From assembly GCA_038321985.1 (NCBI GenBank), contig JBBQFN010000026.1:10846-74845 (forward strand): a DNA stretch of 64,000 bases. Reading direction: 5' to 3'. Positions within the stretch are counted from its first letter, which is position 1. The number at the start of each line of letters is the position of its first letter. This DNA is from Cyanophyceae cyanobacterium. GTDB taxonomy: Bacteria; Cyanobacteriota; Cyanobacteriia; Cyanobacteriales; Laspinemataceae. A program made the translations under genes and the position numbers. Of this stretch, positions 63,454 to 64,000 are shown piece by piece. The notes under the pieces are model-generated. The model was not told the DNA's origin and searched no databases. It saw nothing but the letters and a program-made list of their open reading frames with translations.

Positions 63454-63837
63454 GAGTAATCCCTCACTATGCCTGGAATTCTAAGATAAGGGAATGAAGC
63501 GGGGTAGACTTTTGTAAGTGGACATTTTCTCAAGCGGCTATTTTTAGGGCGATCGCCTCTTGGTAAAATTCCCCTATTTTTTTACCTAATCAGCCCGTCG
63601 CCACTCCACTAATGAGGTATGAGAGAGGGTTAATGCTACGGCCCCAAATCCGGCAGGGTCGGAAATGCCACTCCCAAAACTGGCAGAAAGTCGGCGATCG
63701 CAACCCTTGATTTTACGGCCCTACACAAATTAGATCCTACCTTCGCGGCCCTCAGCGAAGAATGGCTAAAAATTATTGAGGAGGAGGAAACTTTCTTAAA
63801 ATTCCCCTACCCTATTCTGTGGATTCAACCGAATTTC

Positions 63838-63875
63838 AAAAAAAATCCCCCGCCATAACAGCGGGGGATTTTTTC
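63838..63875 (-). terminator. psaB terminator
   Basis: AAAAAATCCCCCGC...GCGGGGGATTTTTT. Confidence 0.85.
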
Positions 63876-63896
63876 AACTAATTAACCCGTGAAAAG

Positions 63897-64000
63897 TTAG
63901 CCGAACTTACTTGCAGTCGAAGCAATCAAGAACGCAGCATAAGTCAGGATATAGCCCACAGTAAAGTGAGCCAAACCAATCAAGCGACCTTGAACAATCG
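63897..64000 (-). CDS. psaB: Photosystem I P700 apoprotein A2, C-terminal end (partial)
   Basis: Translates [37 protein letters not shown]. Confidence 0.96.
   Translation of the reverse strand, partial: IVQGRLIGLAHFTVGYILTYAAFLIASTASKFG

Noticed and set aside
1..64000. rRNA, tRNA, transposase or prophage genes
   Set aside because: None recognised; the frequent GCGATCGC is ordinary HIP1.

Overview
Genomic DNA of a filamentous cyanobacterium (dense HIP1 GCGATCGC octamers; psaE, ndhO, nblB, psaB end). The centre is a complete minus-strand type I-D CRISPR-Cas locus: cas3', an MNT-HEPN toxin-antitoxin pair, cas10d (with probable internal cas11d), cas7d, cas5d, cas6, cas4, cas1, cas2, plus a divergent RHH-WYL regulator. 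A 40-repeat array adjoins cas2 and a 47-repeat sister array with a duplicated leader lies about 10 kb away. The most notable element is an ~790-bp cassette between cas3' and mnt. It holds an oppositely oriented single-spacer mini-array with its own promoter, a divergent 67-aa winged-HTH gene and a hairpin-rich non-coding tract. The mini-array guide matches a site in that tract (23/29 nt, no PAM or seed match), suggesting a CreTA/CreR-like, possibly RNA-level, regulatory or addiction module. The rest is housekeeping and accessory genes (mdh, ldh, mutM, ppsA, hemJ, pnuC-nadR, ytpB-like, nucA/nuiA, Hsp70-like, glgA, pbpC) and short repeats/MITE-like elements. All calls are from reading the sequence by eye; no searches were run.
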